Assembly (NCBI RefSeq): GCF_964194025.1
Contig: NC_134472.1
Location: 3,534,001 to 3,598,000 of the forward strand
Direction: 5' to 3'
DNA: 64,000 nucleotides
Origin: Convolutriloba macropyga
Lineage: Eukaryota
The first letter of the stretch is position 1. Each line of letters begins with the position of its first letter. Positions 12,479 through 21,819 of the stretch are shown in pieces. The position numbers were made by a program, and so were the translations under genes. Below the pieces are notes generated by a model. It searched no databases, was not told where the DNA came from, and was given only the letters and a program-made list of their open reading frames with translations.

Positions 12479-13678
12479 ATGTTAACCAATATGTCACAGC
12501 CTATTGTCGACGTGAAGGAGTTATTCTCGCTAGCTGAAACGAACGAAGCGTTTGAAAAGTTGGGAATGAAGCGATTGATGATTAGATCAAGTTGGACATT
12601 AAGTGGAAAGTTCCCCCAGCAACCTTTTGTTGTTCGTGGTCCGATTGCTGAGGAAATTTACTCTTGGCCGTCAGAATGGCTCGAGGATTGGAATGGAGGC
12701 AGCTGTGATGCAATGCAGTTTGTTGAGAGACACGGAGGAGTAAATGTTGTGCAGCAGTCTGGAACTGACATGGCTGAGGAGTTGCCGCAGTTCGCCGACT
12801 CGAAAGCTATTTCCTTTGAGCTTCCTCGCGAAAAACTCAATGTACAAGTGTTCCCTGGGCTCCAGCTGACTAGCACCGCCTGTATTGCTGCAAGAGGGGA
12901 CTGGGCAACAACTGCTCATATTGAATGGGGCGGGGGTGAGTCGATTGCCAAGTTAATCTCTGGCCGAAAATTATGGGTGATTGCCACAACTCCAACTGCA
13001 GCCGCTCATCTTCACAAATATACAACGTATCAACAGATTTGTGATCTCTTACTTGGGGCCGGAAGTCATTCGTCCAGTTCGGAGCCGCTGGATGCTTTTT
13101 ACAGCCAGTTAAACTATCATATTGGCGAGCCTGGAGACATCATTGTACAGCCGAAATTTGCCACCCATTTTGTTTTAACAGCACGAGCCGACAAGGATGG
13201 CGAAATCATTTGGGCTCTTGTCACTGGATACGAAGCCATTGATTTGACAGTGTCTGACCGAGCTACTGTCCTTTTTGACCGATTCGCTGTGCACATGACC
13301 CGTGGTGATATCCAGCAGGAACTCAGGTTACACGGACTTGACTATTTAGTCAGACTGTTGAAAGTTAGGGACTACCGTGAATCCATTGCCAAATTACCCT
13401 TGAGGAATAGAAAGCCTGACTGCTCCATGTTAAGACACAGAGAGCGAGACGTTACGACGCATTTGAAAGTTTTGCAGATGGTAGGCTATGACGTGTTAGC
13501 AAGTTTTGATAGTCGCTTCTCAAGAAAGCCTCCTGCAAAGAAAACTCGTCTCTCAAATTTGAAGCGGCCTAAGCCTGAATACGAGACTAAACTGAGTGAT
13601 ATCACCGACCAGGAAGCAGATGTATGGAGCCCGGCAATTATCGCAGACTTGGATGCGACTCATCCCCGAAAAACGTAG
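12479..13678 (+). CDS. Antisense accessory gene: JmjC-domain Fe(II)/2-oxoglutarate dioxygenase (KDM2/KDM7-like histone demethylase fold), about 399 aa
   Basis: ATTAHIEWGGGESIAKLISGRKLWVIATTPT aligns with KDM2/PHF8-type YTDFHxDFGGTSVWYH...GxKxFxLIPPT. GEPGDIIVQPKFATHFVLT matches the xxGxTxFIPSGWIHAVxT block. His 12917, Glu 12923, Lys 12968 and distal His 13166 are present. Basic tail RKPPAKKTRLSNLKRPKP. First ATG at 12479 follows a ttcag acceptor (frame open from 12428). Confidence 0.85.
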   Translation: MLTNMSQPIVDVKELFSLAETNEAFEKLGMKRLMIRSSWTLSGKFPQQPFVVRGPIAEEIYSWPSEWLEDWNGGSCDAMQFVERHGGVNVVQQSGTDMAEELPQFADSKAISFELPREKLNVQVFPGLQLTSTACIAARGDWATTAHIEWGGGESIAKLISGRKLWVIATTPTAAAHLHKYTTYQQICDLLLGAGSHSSSSEPLDAFYSQLNYHIGEPGDIIVQPKFATHFVLTARADKDGEIIWALVTGYEAIDLTVSDRATVLFDRFAVHMTRGDIQQELRLHGLDYLVRLLKVRDYRESIAKLPLRNRKPDCSMLRHRERDVTTHLKVLQMVGYDVLASFDSRFSRKPPAKKTRLSNLKRPKPEYETKLSDITDQEADVWSPAIIADLDATHPRKT

Positions 13679-14542
13679 CACTTGGTAAGTGATCAGTTTT
13701 TGTATTTTTATTTTGAATATCATGCTCCAATTTTGGATTTACGGTTGTTAGTATTACGGTTGTTAGATAAAGGAGCTTGTTCAGATAATTCCTTTAAACG
13801 TGCTAGCATATTAGCCGGGCTATGTACTAGGAGTTTGGCCAATTAGAATGCGTCAGTTTTGACTCAGGCCGCTTTACTTGATTTGAATCGCAATTCAAGT
13901 CTATTTTCGAGCATGTTGCATTTATTGAAAAAAAAAACGGTTTTTTTCGGAGAAAGTGTCGAAATCGAAAAAAGCCGAAAGAACAAGTTATAGTACAGTT
14001 CATTAGCTTTCAAACGCACCTACCTACATTTGCCTATCCTATTGCTTTGTTAAACGGGCAATTCTGGAAATTTTGATACCACGTCAATTTTTCGAGATTT
14101 TTAAAATCTTTCTTCAGGATTAGTGTGTAAATGACATAATATCTTGAACTCATCCAGCTCCAAGTATGTCAAATATATAAGGCATATGTGGGCGGATACA
14201 CAGGGCTCATTTTTGCCCTTCTTGCCCTCTTAATGAGTGGTCAGTTGCCTCAGGACAAATTAGAATTGTGCATTTTTGGGATTTACTTGGTCAGTTATGG
14301 ACGTTTTCTCAGAAACTGTTAGTCTGAGCAATCTCAAATTTTGTGTGCGTGTAGCGCCTGAGTAGTACAAAAGGTCTTAGTAAGGGTTATGCTTCCGAAA
14401 AATTTTGTCAGTTACGAGTTATGATCCGAAAACAGTAAAAAAATCCTCTATTTTTTTTTCGAGTTTCTTTCATATTGTTGGCTTTAAGGTGGCTTAGGGG
14501 GAACCAATAATTAACTGGGTAATCTGTTAACGGACTGGCATG

Positions 14543-16969
14543 TTAATTTTGGTAATAGATGGTTATGGGTGTGTTCTGGAACTTGTCGAAAATCAGCCGG
14601 AGCGCTGTTCGTTCTCTAAGGTAATCTAGACCTTTTCCAACTTTTGGAAGCACTAGTTCTTTAATGTTGTAACGTTCGAGTGTTGTTTTAAGCGTGGTTA
14701 ATGCTAGGGAGAGAGCGTAATAGCTGGCTGTATCGTGGGGGCTTTTTTTTGTGACTAGGGTGAAGAAAAACTTATGACTTTCGGGGTCGAAATTTGTGAG
14801 TACCGAACCAATTGGGAGATTAAGGTAATTTATAGGTCCAAAACCTGCATAAGGGTGTTTCCTAGCTAGCTGGTAGTTGAGCTTTGTGTAGCGGGTGCTA
14901 TTGCTAGGGACGCAGTGGGCAAGTGCGGTTCTCATACTGTGGATATTCCCTTTGAACTGAATAAATTTTGCTTTAGTTTTTGAGTTTACTGTGTTAATCT
15001 CAGGTGTTTTGCTCCTCCTGTTTCTACTACTTGTTGTTTCCTGCCTGTATCTAGGAATTGAGGTTCCACCTTGGTGTTTTAGGATACTGGCTTTTACTTG
15101 GTCCAATTTTGTCTCTCTTGATGGTGTACTTGAGGTGTGAGATCTTTGTACCGAGCTAGTGATTGCTTGTCGTTTTTGACTTATGGTTGTTGTTATGTTA
15201 GAACTTGCCTGTTGAAACCGGGAAGTGCGCTCCATCTCTTGAGTAGCGGGTATTGATGTGGGGGAGTATTTTCTACGTTGGTATGTTTTTGAGAAGGTCA
15301 CTCGTTGTGATGGTTTCGGTGTTTGGGACTGTATTGTCGTTGGTTGTCTATTTCTCAGTCTGTAGTTATATCTTGGTTCTTGCGGGTTACTCTCAGTTCG
15401 AGGTACTTCGTCGCTGCTACTAGACAGTTGGGAACTGTGGAATCTTGGGGGTGTTGGGGGGGGTGCGGTTTGATCGTCACTTGACTCTGATTCAGAATTT
15501 GAATTCGTGATTTGGGGAGTTATCGTTATTGGTTGGTGTAGTGGTATAGGCGCTGCAACTGGGGCTGGCTGTGGAGCTGCTGGGAGCGGCGCAGCTAATG
15601 GCACTGAAAGACGTATTCGTGGGCCTTGTTGGGGCCTGGGGGTTTTAATTTTGGGGGTTGGTGTTGGGAAAATGAGATCTTCAATGTGGTCGTCAAAGAG
15701 CTCTGGTTCTCTTTTGTCGTCTCTACGTAAAGGGTCGGGGATAAACTGTTTTGGATCTACTACTTCTAAGTCATCCGTGACGGGTGGTGGTTTTACAGAT
15801 CGTAATCGAATCCTGTGCACGCACTGTGTGAAGTTCGTTCCGATCTTTCTGATAATGTAGTTAGAGTCTGACAATACTTTTTCAACTCTATAAAGTGGAA
15901 TCCAGACCTGTGCTACTTTGCTAATTTGTGCTTTTTGTGACGTGAGCTTCGGATTCAACAAGAGGCAGTAGCTATGTAGTTTCAGAGGTTTCGCTCCAGC
16001 CTTCTTGTCGTAGTAGTTGCGGTATCTCTGGTAGGAGTCAATTAGCTGAAGTTTGTTCTCTTCAAACTTTGTCATCATTGCATCTTGCAATGCAACCACA
16101 TAGTCTGAGTTCACTGCGACTGCTTCCATTGATTTTCTTGCAAATCGCAAATCCAATGGTTTGACAGGTTCTCGTCCATGAAAGAGTGCTGTGGGGCAAC
16201 ATCCAATTGATGTATGATACGATGTGTTGTGTATGAAAGTTGCTAACGGTACATACTTGTGCCAGTCGTTCCATTGCTTGTCTGTGTTCAGCTTCAAGAT
16301 TCTTTTTAATGGTCCGTGTGGGCGCTCAACTGCTCCAATTGTCTGTGGGTGTTTCAGAGATGCATGCTTCAGTTTGACCTCAAGGAGTTTCGTCAGTTCA
16401 TCCATGAGAGATGAGGTAAAAGACGTTCCTAGGTCTGAGACAATTGTTTCTGGCACATAGCTGTGGTTGAAGAAGAATTTCACTAACTCTCTTGCTACTG
16501 TATCTGCGCTTCCATTTGTCAGTGGGACTGCGAATAAGTATTTGCTGAATACATCTATTCCACTTAAGACGTATTTGTAGACTGGCGAATTGAAAGTTCC
16601 AACCAGATCAATCTGAAGTTGGTCTCCGGGGAAAGATTGCAGGGATGATATAAGCTGCAATGGGGGCTTCAGTGTGCCTTCTTTTGCTGTTTTCAGTTGC
16701 AAGCATGTCAAGCAGTTTTTAACCAGATCCACTAGTTGTTCCGTGAATCCTGGGAAATAAAACCGTTTTCTAAACTCCTGAATTGTTCTTGTTATTCCGC
16801 TGTGTCCTGCTGCTCTTGAGTTATGGATCCTGTAGAGGACTTCTTTCCGCAAGTGTTCTGGTACGCAATACTGTTGATAAAGTACTTTTCCTGCGTCGTC
16901 GTAGAAGAGTCTGTATAAAACTCCATTTTCTACAATTAGTCTTTGCATATGTTTGTAATACTTTCTCAT
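14543..16969 (-). CDS. pol: pol 3' segment: integrase (HHCC, DDE, GPY/F-like), Pro/Ser/Thr-rich linker and C-terminal TARG1/OARD1-like macrodomain
   Basis: HNSRAAGH...CLTC zinc finger; LQIDLVG, IVSDLGTSF and GAVERPH catalytic triad; VWIPLYRV. The last ~140 aa contain KGNI...LAHCV...FFFTLVTKK...LPKVGKGLDYL. The frame is open from 17059. Confidence 0.92.
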   Translation of the reverse strand: MRKYYKHMQRLIVENGVLYRLFYDDAGKVLYQQYCVPEHLRKEVLYRIHNSRAAGHSGITRTIQEFRKRFYFPGFTEQLVDLVKNCLTCLQLKTAKEGTLKPPLQLISSLQSFPGDQLQIDLVGTFNSPVYKYVLSGIDVFSKYLFAVPLTNGSADTVARELVKFFFNHSYVPETIVSDLGTSFTSSLMDELTKLLEVKLKHASLKHPQTIGAVERPHGPLKRILKLNTDKQWNDWHKYVPLATFIHNTSYHTSIGCCPTALFHGREPVKPLDLRFARKSMEAVAVNSDYVVALQDAMMTKFEENKLQLIDSYQRYRNYYDKKAGAKPLKLHSYCLLLNPKLTSQKAQISKVAQVWIPLYRVEKVLSDSNYIIRKIGTNFTQCVHRIRLRSVKPPPVTDDLEVVDPKQFIPDPLRRDDKREPELFDDHIEDLIFPTPTPKIKTPRPQQGPRIRLSVPLAAPLPAAPQPAPVAAPIPLHQPITITPQITNSNSESESSDDQTAPPPTPPRFHSSQLSSSSDEVPRTESNPQEPRYNYRLRNRQPTTIQSQTPKPSQRVTFSKTYQRRKYSPTSIPATQEMERTSRFQQASSNITTTISQKRQAITSSVQRSHTSSTPSRETKLDQVKASILKHQGGTSIPRYRQETTSSRNRRSKTPEINTVNSKTKAKFIQFKGNIHSMRTALAHCVPSNSTRYTKLNYQLARKHPYAGFGPINYLNLPIGSVLTNFDPESHKFFFTLVTKKSPHDTASYYALSLALTTLKTTLERYNIKELVLPKVGKGLDYLRERTALRLIFDKFQNTPITIYYQN

Positions 16970-16995
16970 ATTTCTTGATGCATACGTTAGATCAA

Positions 16996-18774
16996 CTACT
17001 GTGTTGTTTTCTTTCCATTTAACAATCTTCTGTACTTCATGGTCTTTGGTTGACTTCTGTCAAAAATATTGTTCAGGGTATCAGCTGGATTGATGTATTC
17101 AATTGCGTTTACTTCAGGCTTGTACAACTTTACGAATCCCTTGATTTCGTCTTCAAGAGTCTTCATTTTTTCTTGATATGAGTCGTATAGGCCACACTGC
17201 TTCAATTGATTAATAAATGCTTCAGTTTCGGAACGAGGCTCAAAAAATTCGTCCACACAATTAATTGAATTTAGTTCTGCATTCGGTATTCGGGCTTCCG
17301 TGTTGATTTCAATATCTCTCACTGGTATCTTTTCATTTAGCTTTAGAGACACGGTTGCGGCTCTGTCTATGTCTACTCGCGAAAGAAAATCTGCTGCGTA
17401 GTTCGCTTTTCCTGGTATGTGAGCGATAACTAGGTTGAAGGAAAGTACACGGTCCAAGCAGTTCCAAAGTGATGGGGGGATTGTTTTTGATTGGAAGAAC
17501 TGAGTTAGACTTCTGTTGTCTGTTAGTACTACAACTGGATTAGTGGATCCCCAAATGAAATGTGCAAAATGCTCGAGTGCAAAATAAAGTGCCAGAAATT
17601 CTTTGTAGTAGATTGAGTACTTGAGTTGTGGGGTTGTAAATGCTTGACTTCCAAAAGAAACTGGTGCATACTTCTTGGTTTCCTTTATGTTATTCTCATC
17701 CAAGTAGTCTTCTACCATCAGTACAAATCCTGCGGCGTAGTAGCTGGCGTCACAAAGTAGGATATACTTCTGGCCAGGTTTTGCAAGTCGTAGTGTCATG
17801 GTTGTTGCCTTCACCAAGTCGTCCTTCAATGTTGCCAGTGCTTTCACATGTGATTCGTCAGGCTCAAGTGTCGCATCTTTTTTCAGCATTCGGTAAAATG
17901 GGATCAGTTTCTCTCCCAATTTAGGTATATAGTTCCGGAAAAATTGCACAAAGCCTATCAACCGCTTAACTGCCTTAGTCGATTTCGGGAGCCGAACATT
18001 GTTGAGGAACTTCTTTATTTTCACTGACTCTGGAGAAATTCCCTCTTTAGTGATTACATTCCCCAGAAATTTTATGGAGTCGGTGGCAATTTCACATTTC
18101 TGTGGTGACAATTTAAGTCCAGATCTACGAATGCAGTCAAACACTTGCTTCAGTGTTGAGATCAGATCTTCAAAGGTTTTAACTCCACATCCAATGTCGT
18201 CCATGAACTGGGTGCACATATCTGCTGCAAGACATGGATCCAGGTAATGCCTGATAAATGAGCTGAATCCAGTTACTGATTTACTAAGTCCTTGAGCTAA
18301 GCATTTGTAAGCATAGGTCCTAGACGAGAAATTGAATGCAAGTAGTTGCACAGATATGTCATCTGCCATTTGGACGCAGTGATAAGCTTGTGAGCAGTCT
18401 AGTTTAGTGAAATAAGTCTTTCCTGCAAAATGATTCGTTGCGTCAGTCATATTTGATATTGGAAAGTTAGCGTTCAGGTAATCATTCTTAAGCAAATGGT
18501 TCACTCTTCTAAGATCAATTAGTAATCGGAGTCGTCCTGACTCTTTTCTGTGTGCAAACAGAGGGCTACTGTACTTTGACTGTGGCAATGTTGTTATTAG
18601 ACCGTAGTAGTGCATAAGTGCTAGCTCTACATGAAGTTCGTCACGCAGGTGGATTGGCGTTGGTGGGCCTTGAAGGTACGTTGGCATTGAATGCTCTGGT
18701 GTCAACTTTATTTTCATTTCTGTGTTGTATCCTACGTCGAAACGATGCTTTGCAAAAAATATCATTGTATTCAA
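16996..18774 (-). CDS. pol: pol middle segment: reverse transcriptase and RNase H
   Basis: YSSPLF, LRLLIDLRRVN, KLDCSQAYH, LAQGL and FMDD RT motifs; LLCDASY, KEFLAL, VLTDNRSL and NYAADFLSR RNase H motifs. Frameshifted at both ends (A6 run 18754-18759 and near 17050). Confidence 0.95.
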   Translation of the reverse strand: MNTMIFFAKHRFDVGYNTEMKIKLTPEHSMPTYLQGPPTPIHLRDELHVELALMHYYGLITTLPQSKYSSPLFAHRKESGRLRLLIDLRRVNHLLKNDYLNANFPISNMTDATNHFAGKTYFTKLDCSQAYHCVQMADDISVQLLAFNFSSRTYAYKCLAQGLSKSVTGFSSFIRHYLDPCLAADMCTQFMDDIGCGVKTFEDLISTLKQVFDCIRRSGLKLSPQKCEIATDSIKFLGNVITKEGISPESVKIKKFLNNVRLPKSTKAVKRLIGFVQFFRNYIPKLGEKLIPFYRMLKKDATLEPDESHVKALATLKDDLVKATTMTLRLAKPGQKYILLCDASYYAAGFVLMVEDYLDENNIKETKKYAPVSFGSQAFTTPQLKYSIYYKEFLALYFALEHFAHFIWGSTNPVVVLTDNRSLTQFFQSKTIPPSLWNCLDRVLSFNLVIAHIPGKANYAADFLSRVDIDRAATVSLKLNEKIPVRDIEINTEARIPNAELNSINCVDEFFEPRSETEAFINQLKQCGLYDSYQEKMKTLEDEIKGFVKLYKPEVNAIEYINPADTLNNIFDRSQPKTMKYRRLLNGKKTTQ

Positions 18775-19963
18775 CTAAAAGATTTTCCACTTGCTGTTTC
18801 TGGTCACTGGTTAGCAGAGATCTTGTCCATGTGAACTGTGAAAGGAATTTCTCTCGGTCATCATAGTTGTGCTTCGGGTCGATCGATTCCTTTTGTTGGA
18901 GCATCTCTATCTGGTGGTGGATTTGTTTTTGAAGGGGCGGAAGAGACGATGGATTTTCACACGTTTCGGGGGTTGGGAACCAAAGTGAGTCATAGTCAGG
19001 TTTTGGTCTAGGTGGTTGGTTCCTTCTTTTTCTGTCTGAATCTTGAATTAATTGATTAATTTCAGGGATGAAGTTTTCGCTATTTCGATATTTGGCAAGT
19101 GCTATTAACTCTGGATCTACTTGGATCAACTTGTCTGCTTGCTCTGATGTTAAAATTTGAAAACGGGCTAGTTCTGTTCCTTTTGTCAGTGTTATTGGGT
19201 GATCAGTAATGTTAAGTGCTGCAATGAAAATTGTATTATTTTCTCCAATTGTGCTAAGTGATGACGTGAGTGCAAGATCAGTTTCTCGTTCTAATGTTTC
19301 ACAAGGCTGTACTACACCACTACTAAACTTAAGATCCTCAGTATGCTTTGAAAGACTACATTCAATTATTACTTGTTTGTTTACTGGTATAGTTTGTTTT
19401 TTGGTCGTATAGACTGGAATTTTCTTTGTACGAATGGCTCTTCTTGGTTCTTTATGTGGTTTAATCTCATTTATTGATACTGTTAGATCTGGGAACTGAA
19501 GTACAGAACGCTTGGGACAAATGCTAATGTCATGTTTCTTGAAAAATTCATTTCCCAAAATTATGGAGTTAGACTTGGGCAAGACAATAAAGGACTCAGT
19601 AAATAATACATGGGCTAATTTGAACGTTAATCTGATTTGTGCGGTGACTTCAACAGTTTGGCCTCCTGCCATTTTAACGTGTTTCCACTTTGGTTGCTCA
19701 ACATCAATTTTTCTAAAGATTTGTTTGTCTTTCGTGAGTTCATCATAAAGACTTTTGCTGATGACATTTGCACAGGCTCCTGTGTCTATTAGCGCTCGTC
19801 GAGTTAGAATTGGAGAAAAGAAAAGTTTAACATATGAAAGCGGGTTGCCACTACTGGCGGCAATATTGTTTAATTGAAGTGTATAAGGATGAGAGTAATA
19901 ATTTAATTGTTTTGTTTTGTTTTTCTGGGCTGGGTTTTTTGTGGGTGGCTTACTTAGTTTTTT
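18641..19963 (-). CDS. pol: pol 5' segment: aspartic protease followed by a degenerate dUTPase-like region
   Basis: The frame is open from the slippery site at 19963. ALIDTGACANVIS has the DTG at 19786-19778, in frame with ORF 18641-19672. IILGNEF marks the protease C-terminus, followed by IAALNITDHPITLTKGTELARFQIL. Confidence 0.88.
   Translation of the reverse strand, partial: KKLSKPPTKNPAQKNKTKQLNYYSHPYTLQLNNIAASSGNPLSYVKLFFSPILTRRALIDTGACANVISKSLYDELTKDKQIFRKIDVEQPKWKHVKMAGGQTVEVTAQIRLTFKLAHVLFTESFIVLPKSNSIILGNEFFKKHDISICPKRSVLQFPDLTVSINEIKPHKEPRRAIRTKKIPVYTTKKQTIPVNKQVIIECSLSKHTEDLKFSSGVVQPCETLERETDLALTSSLSTIGENNTIFIAALNITDHPITLTKGTELARFQILTSEQADKLIQVDPELIALAKYRNSENFIPEINQLIQDSDRKRRNQPPRPKPDYDSLWFPTPETCENPSSLPPLQKQIHHQIEMLQQKESIDPKHNYDDREKFLSQFTWTRSLLTSDQKQQVENLLVEYNDIFCKASFRRRIQHRNENKVDTRAFNANVPSRPTNANPPA
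19954..19963 (-). promoter_or_regulatory. gag-pol -1 ribosomal frameshift site A AAA AAC followed by the gag stop TAA
   Basis: Minus strand reads CCA AAA AAC TAA (...PKN*). The -1 frame continues without a stop into the protease. Confidence 0.85.
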
Positions 19964-21148
19964 GGCTGGTGTTGAAAAGGAAAAGTGTTACCTCGGCTGT
20001 TTGGCCGATTATAAAAGGAGCATTGGCTCGAAGTGTGGTTTCGGATAACCACAGGTGTAACAAAACACACTGGTTGCTCTTGTTACCCGCATGTATGGTC
20101 CTCTGGGCATTTGGATACCCGTCGTTGGCTGTTGTCTGTATCCGTAAGAGTTCGAAGGTCTGGTTTGTTGGTATCCAAACTGTTGACGAGGCTGATACAG
20201 TCTTGGCGCGTAGGTTCGTTGAAATCGTGGCGTATATGGTCCTCTATTCTGGAAATTGTTTTGTGTTCGGTAGTTGTATCCCTGTTGTGGATTATATGGT
20301 CGGGATTGTGCTATGGCTTGATTTGGGTATCTCGGTGGGACTGGAGTTTGATTTGTGGGCGTTGGAGTTACTGGTCCGTTGTTTTTGATTCTCTCATCCA
20401 TTGATTGAAGGCGTTTTTCCATTGATTCTTGATTGGCATTCAGCTTTGATAAAGCATTGATTAAGTTATCAGAGATTGTATTGCTAACTTCATTAAATCC
20501 GTCTTCAGGGTAATCTTCTTTTCTGCAGAGGTCCCTGATGGTCATTTGTTGTCTTGCAAGTGTACAAAGCTCTTGAACGGTTGCATTTGGTGGTTGTTCC
20601 ATAAGTTTCGAACGAAGCGATCCAGGCATTGCCTTCTGGAAGATTCGTTTAACTTGGGCGTTCTTGAAGTCTTCAGAAGCTTGCAGTCTTTCTGCTCTCT
20701 GGGCTGTTTCGGAATCAAATCTTGTCTGCTCTGCTGCTGCGTCGGCAGCTCCTGGATCGATTGGTGCTACGGCTGGGAGAACTGGTGTTGGGTACGCTCT
20801 TATTGCTTTTGTTTGTATGGTGACTAGAAAATTTTCTGGCGTATCGATTTTTGGGTCGAATCTTAGCTTCTCTAAGTTTAGTACATGAACTTCCTGGAGT
20901 TGGACATTACAAAAATGATTTCTTAGGGCAATAAAACTCAGGTCCACGTCATTTCGTGTGGCCTCTGGGAGCGTCTGAAAAAATCGAAGAGCGGGTCCTC
21001 GTAAGTGTAGTTGAAGAAAATTTGCCCGTTGGTTATTTGGGATTGCTGCAACTCCAACAAATCCTCTGAAGAGCTGTTCGAATTGTCTGAAGTTTTCGCT
21101 CTCCTCTCCACTGTATGGTTCAACTGTTATCTGAGCTTGGGCGGCCAT
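19954..21148 (-). pseudogene. gag: gag (capsid plus CCHC zinc knuckle) with a +1 nt frameshift in the knuckle
   Basis: MAAQAQITVEPYSGEESENFRQFEQLF...LQLHLRGPALRFF is a Gypsy-type gag. Removing one A near 20040 restores CYTCGYPNHTSSQC (CX2CX4HX4C) and a C-terminus ending QHQPKN* at the slippery site. Confidence 0.9.
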
Positions 21149-21400
21149 AGTTTTAGTTCAAGGCTTCTATCTTACTAACTTATGAGATAAAGCTTAATGA
21201 GTTGAAAAAGGGGAGCACTGAGGAAAAGAATTTAAAAAGCACCATATAATTAAAATGAGCACCTTGACAGTTTTTGTCTTACTGTTTTTACTGAGTCGTG
21301 TCCTGTTCGGCACGGCGATCTTGTCCTGTGTTCTGCAGCTTGTGAAGTTCTCCCCGTCTCCTGTTTACATTCTGGTTATCAGGCCCTTCTGGTGGGCCGT

Positions 21401-21778
21401 CTAGTTGACAGTTGGGACATCTTGCTCGATGTAGTAAAAAGAATGACTGTCGTTAATTTCCAGCATCATCTCTACTTTAGCTTCAGTAAGGCTTTTATTA
21501 AATTCAGTAATGTTAGCGAATCTGATTATCACAAGGATCTTTTGGCCGTTGTCAGAATAAAGAACATCGACACAGTTAATGAAGAAAAGCAATTTTTCGA
21601 AGTGGACGAAAATATCAAGAATTTCGTAAGAAGAGCCTAATGAATGCTCTGATTTGTGGTGCTCTTGAACATAGAAATTATATGGAAAAGAAAGAATGTG
21701 TACTGTTTTATTAACTAGTTTGACAAGTTAGCTAGAGTGTTGGCAGTTCTGAAGTAAAGTCTGATAATTGGGTTTCAT
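21401..21778 (-). pseudogene. Putative upstream ORF0 of the LTR element (125 codons, one internal TAA)
   Basis: ATG at 21778 reads MKPNYQTLLQNCQHSS*LVKLVNKTVHILSFPYNF...EQDVPTVN*, with a single in-frame stop at 21730-21728. Confidence 0.3.
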
Positions 21779-21801
21779 AATTTAGTAATTCAAGATAATC
21801 G

Positions 21802-21819
21802 TCTACGCGACTGTCACCA
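21802..21819 (-). promoter_or_regulatory. Primer binding site
   Basis: TGGTGACAGTCGCGTAGA directly follows the 5' LTR. The TGG is complementary to the tRNA CCA end; tRNA identity is uncertain (Leu-like). Confidence 0.8.

Noticed and set aside
12428-13678. JmjC ORF as an ordinary host gene
   Set aside because: It lies between two near-identical LTRs bounded by a TSD, so it moved with the element. A later independent insertion cannot be fully excluded without other copies.
20009-20040. gag C-terminus KPHFEPMLLL* as given in the ORF track
   Set aside because: Out-of-frame product of a 1-nt insertion. The repaired frame completes the CCHC knuckle and ends at the slippery site.
15507-20888. + strand ORFs overlapping gag-pol (e.g. 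19834-20388, 15507-15860) and similar ones over env
   Set aside because: Antisense shadows of coding sequence with no motifs, unlike the JmjC ORF, which occupies its own non-overlapping interval.
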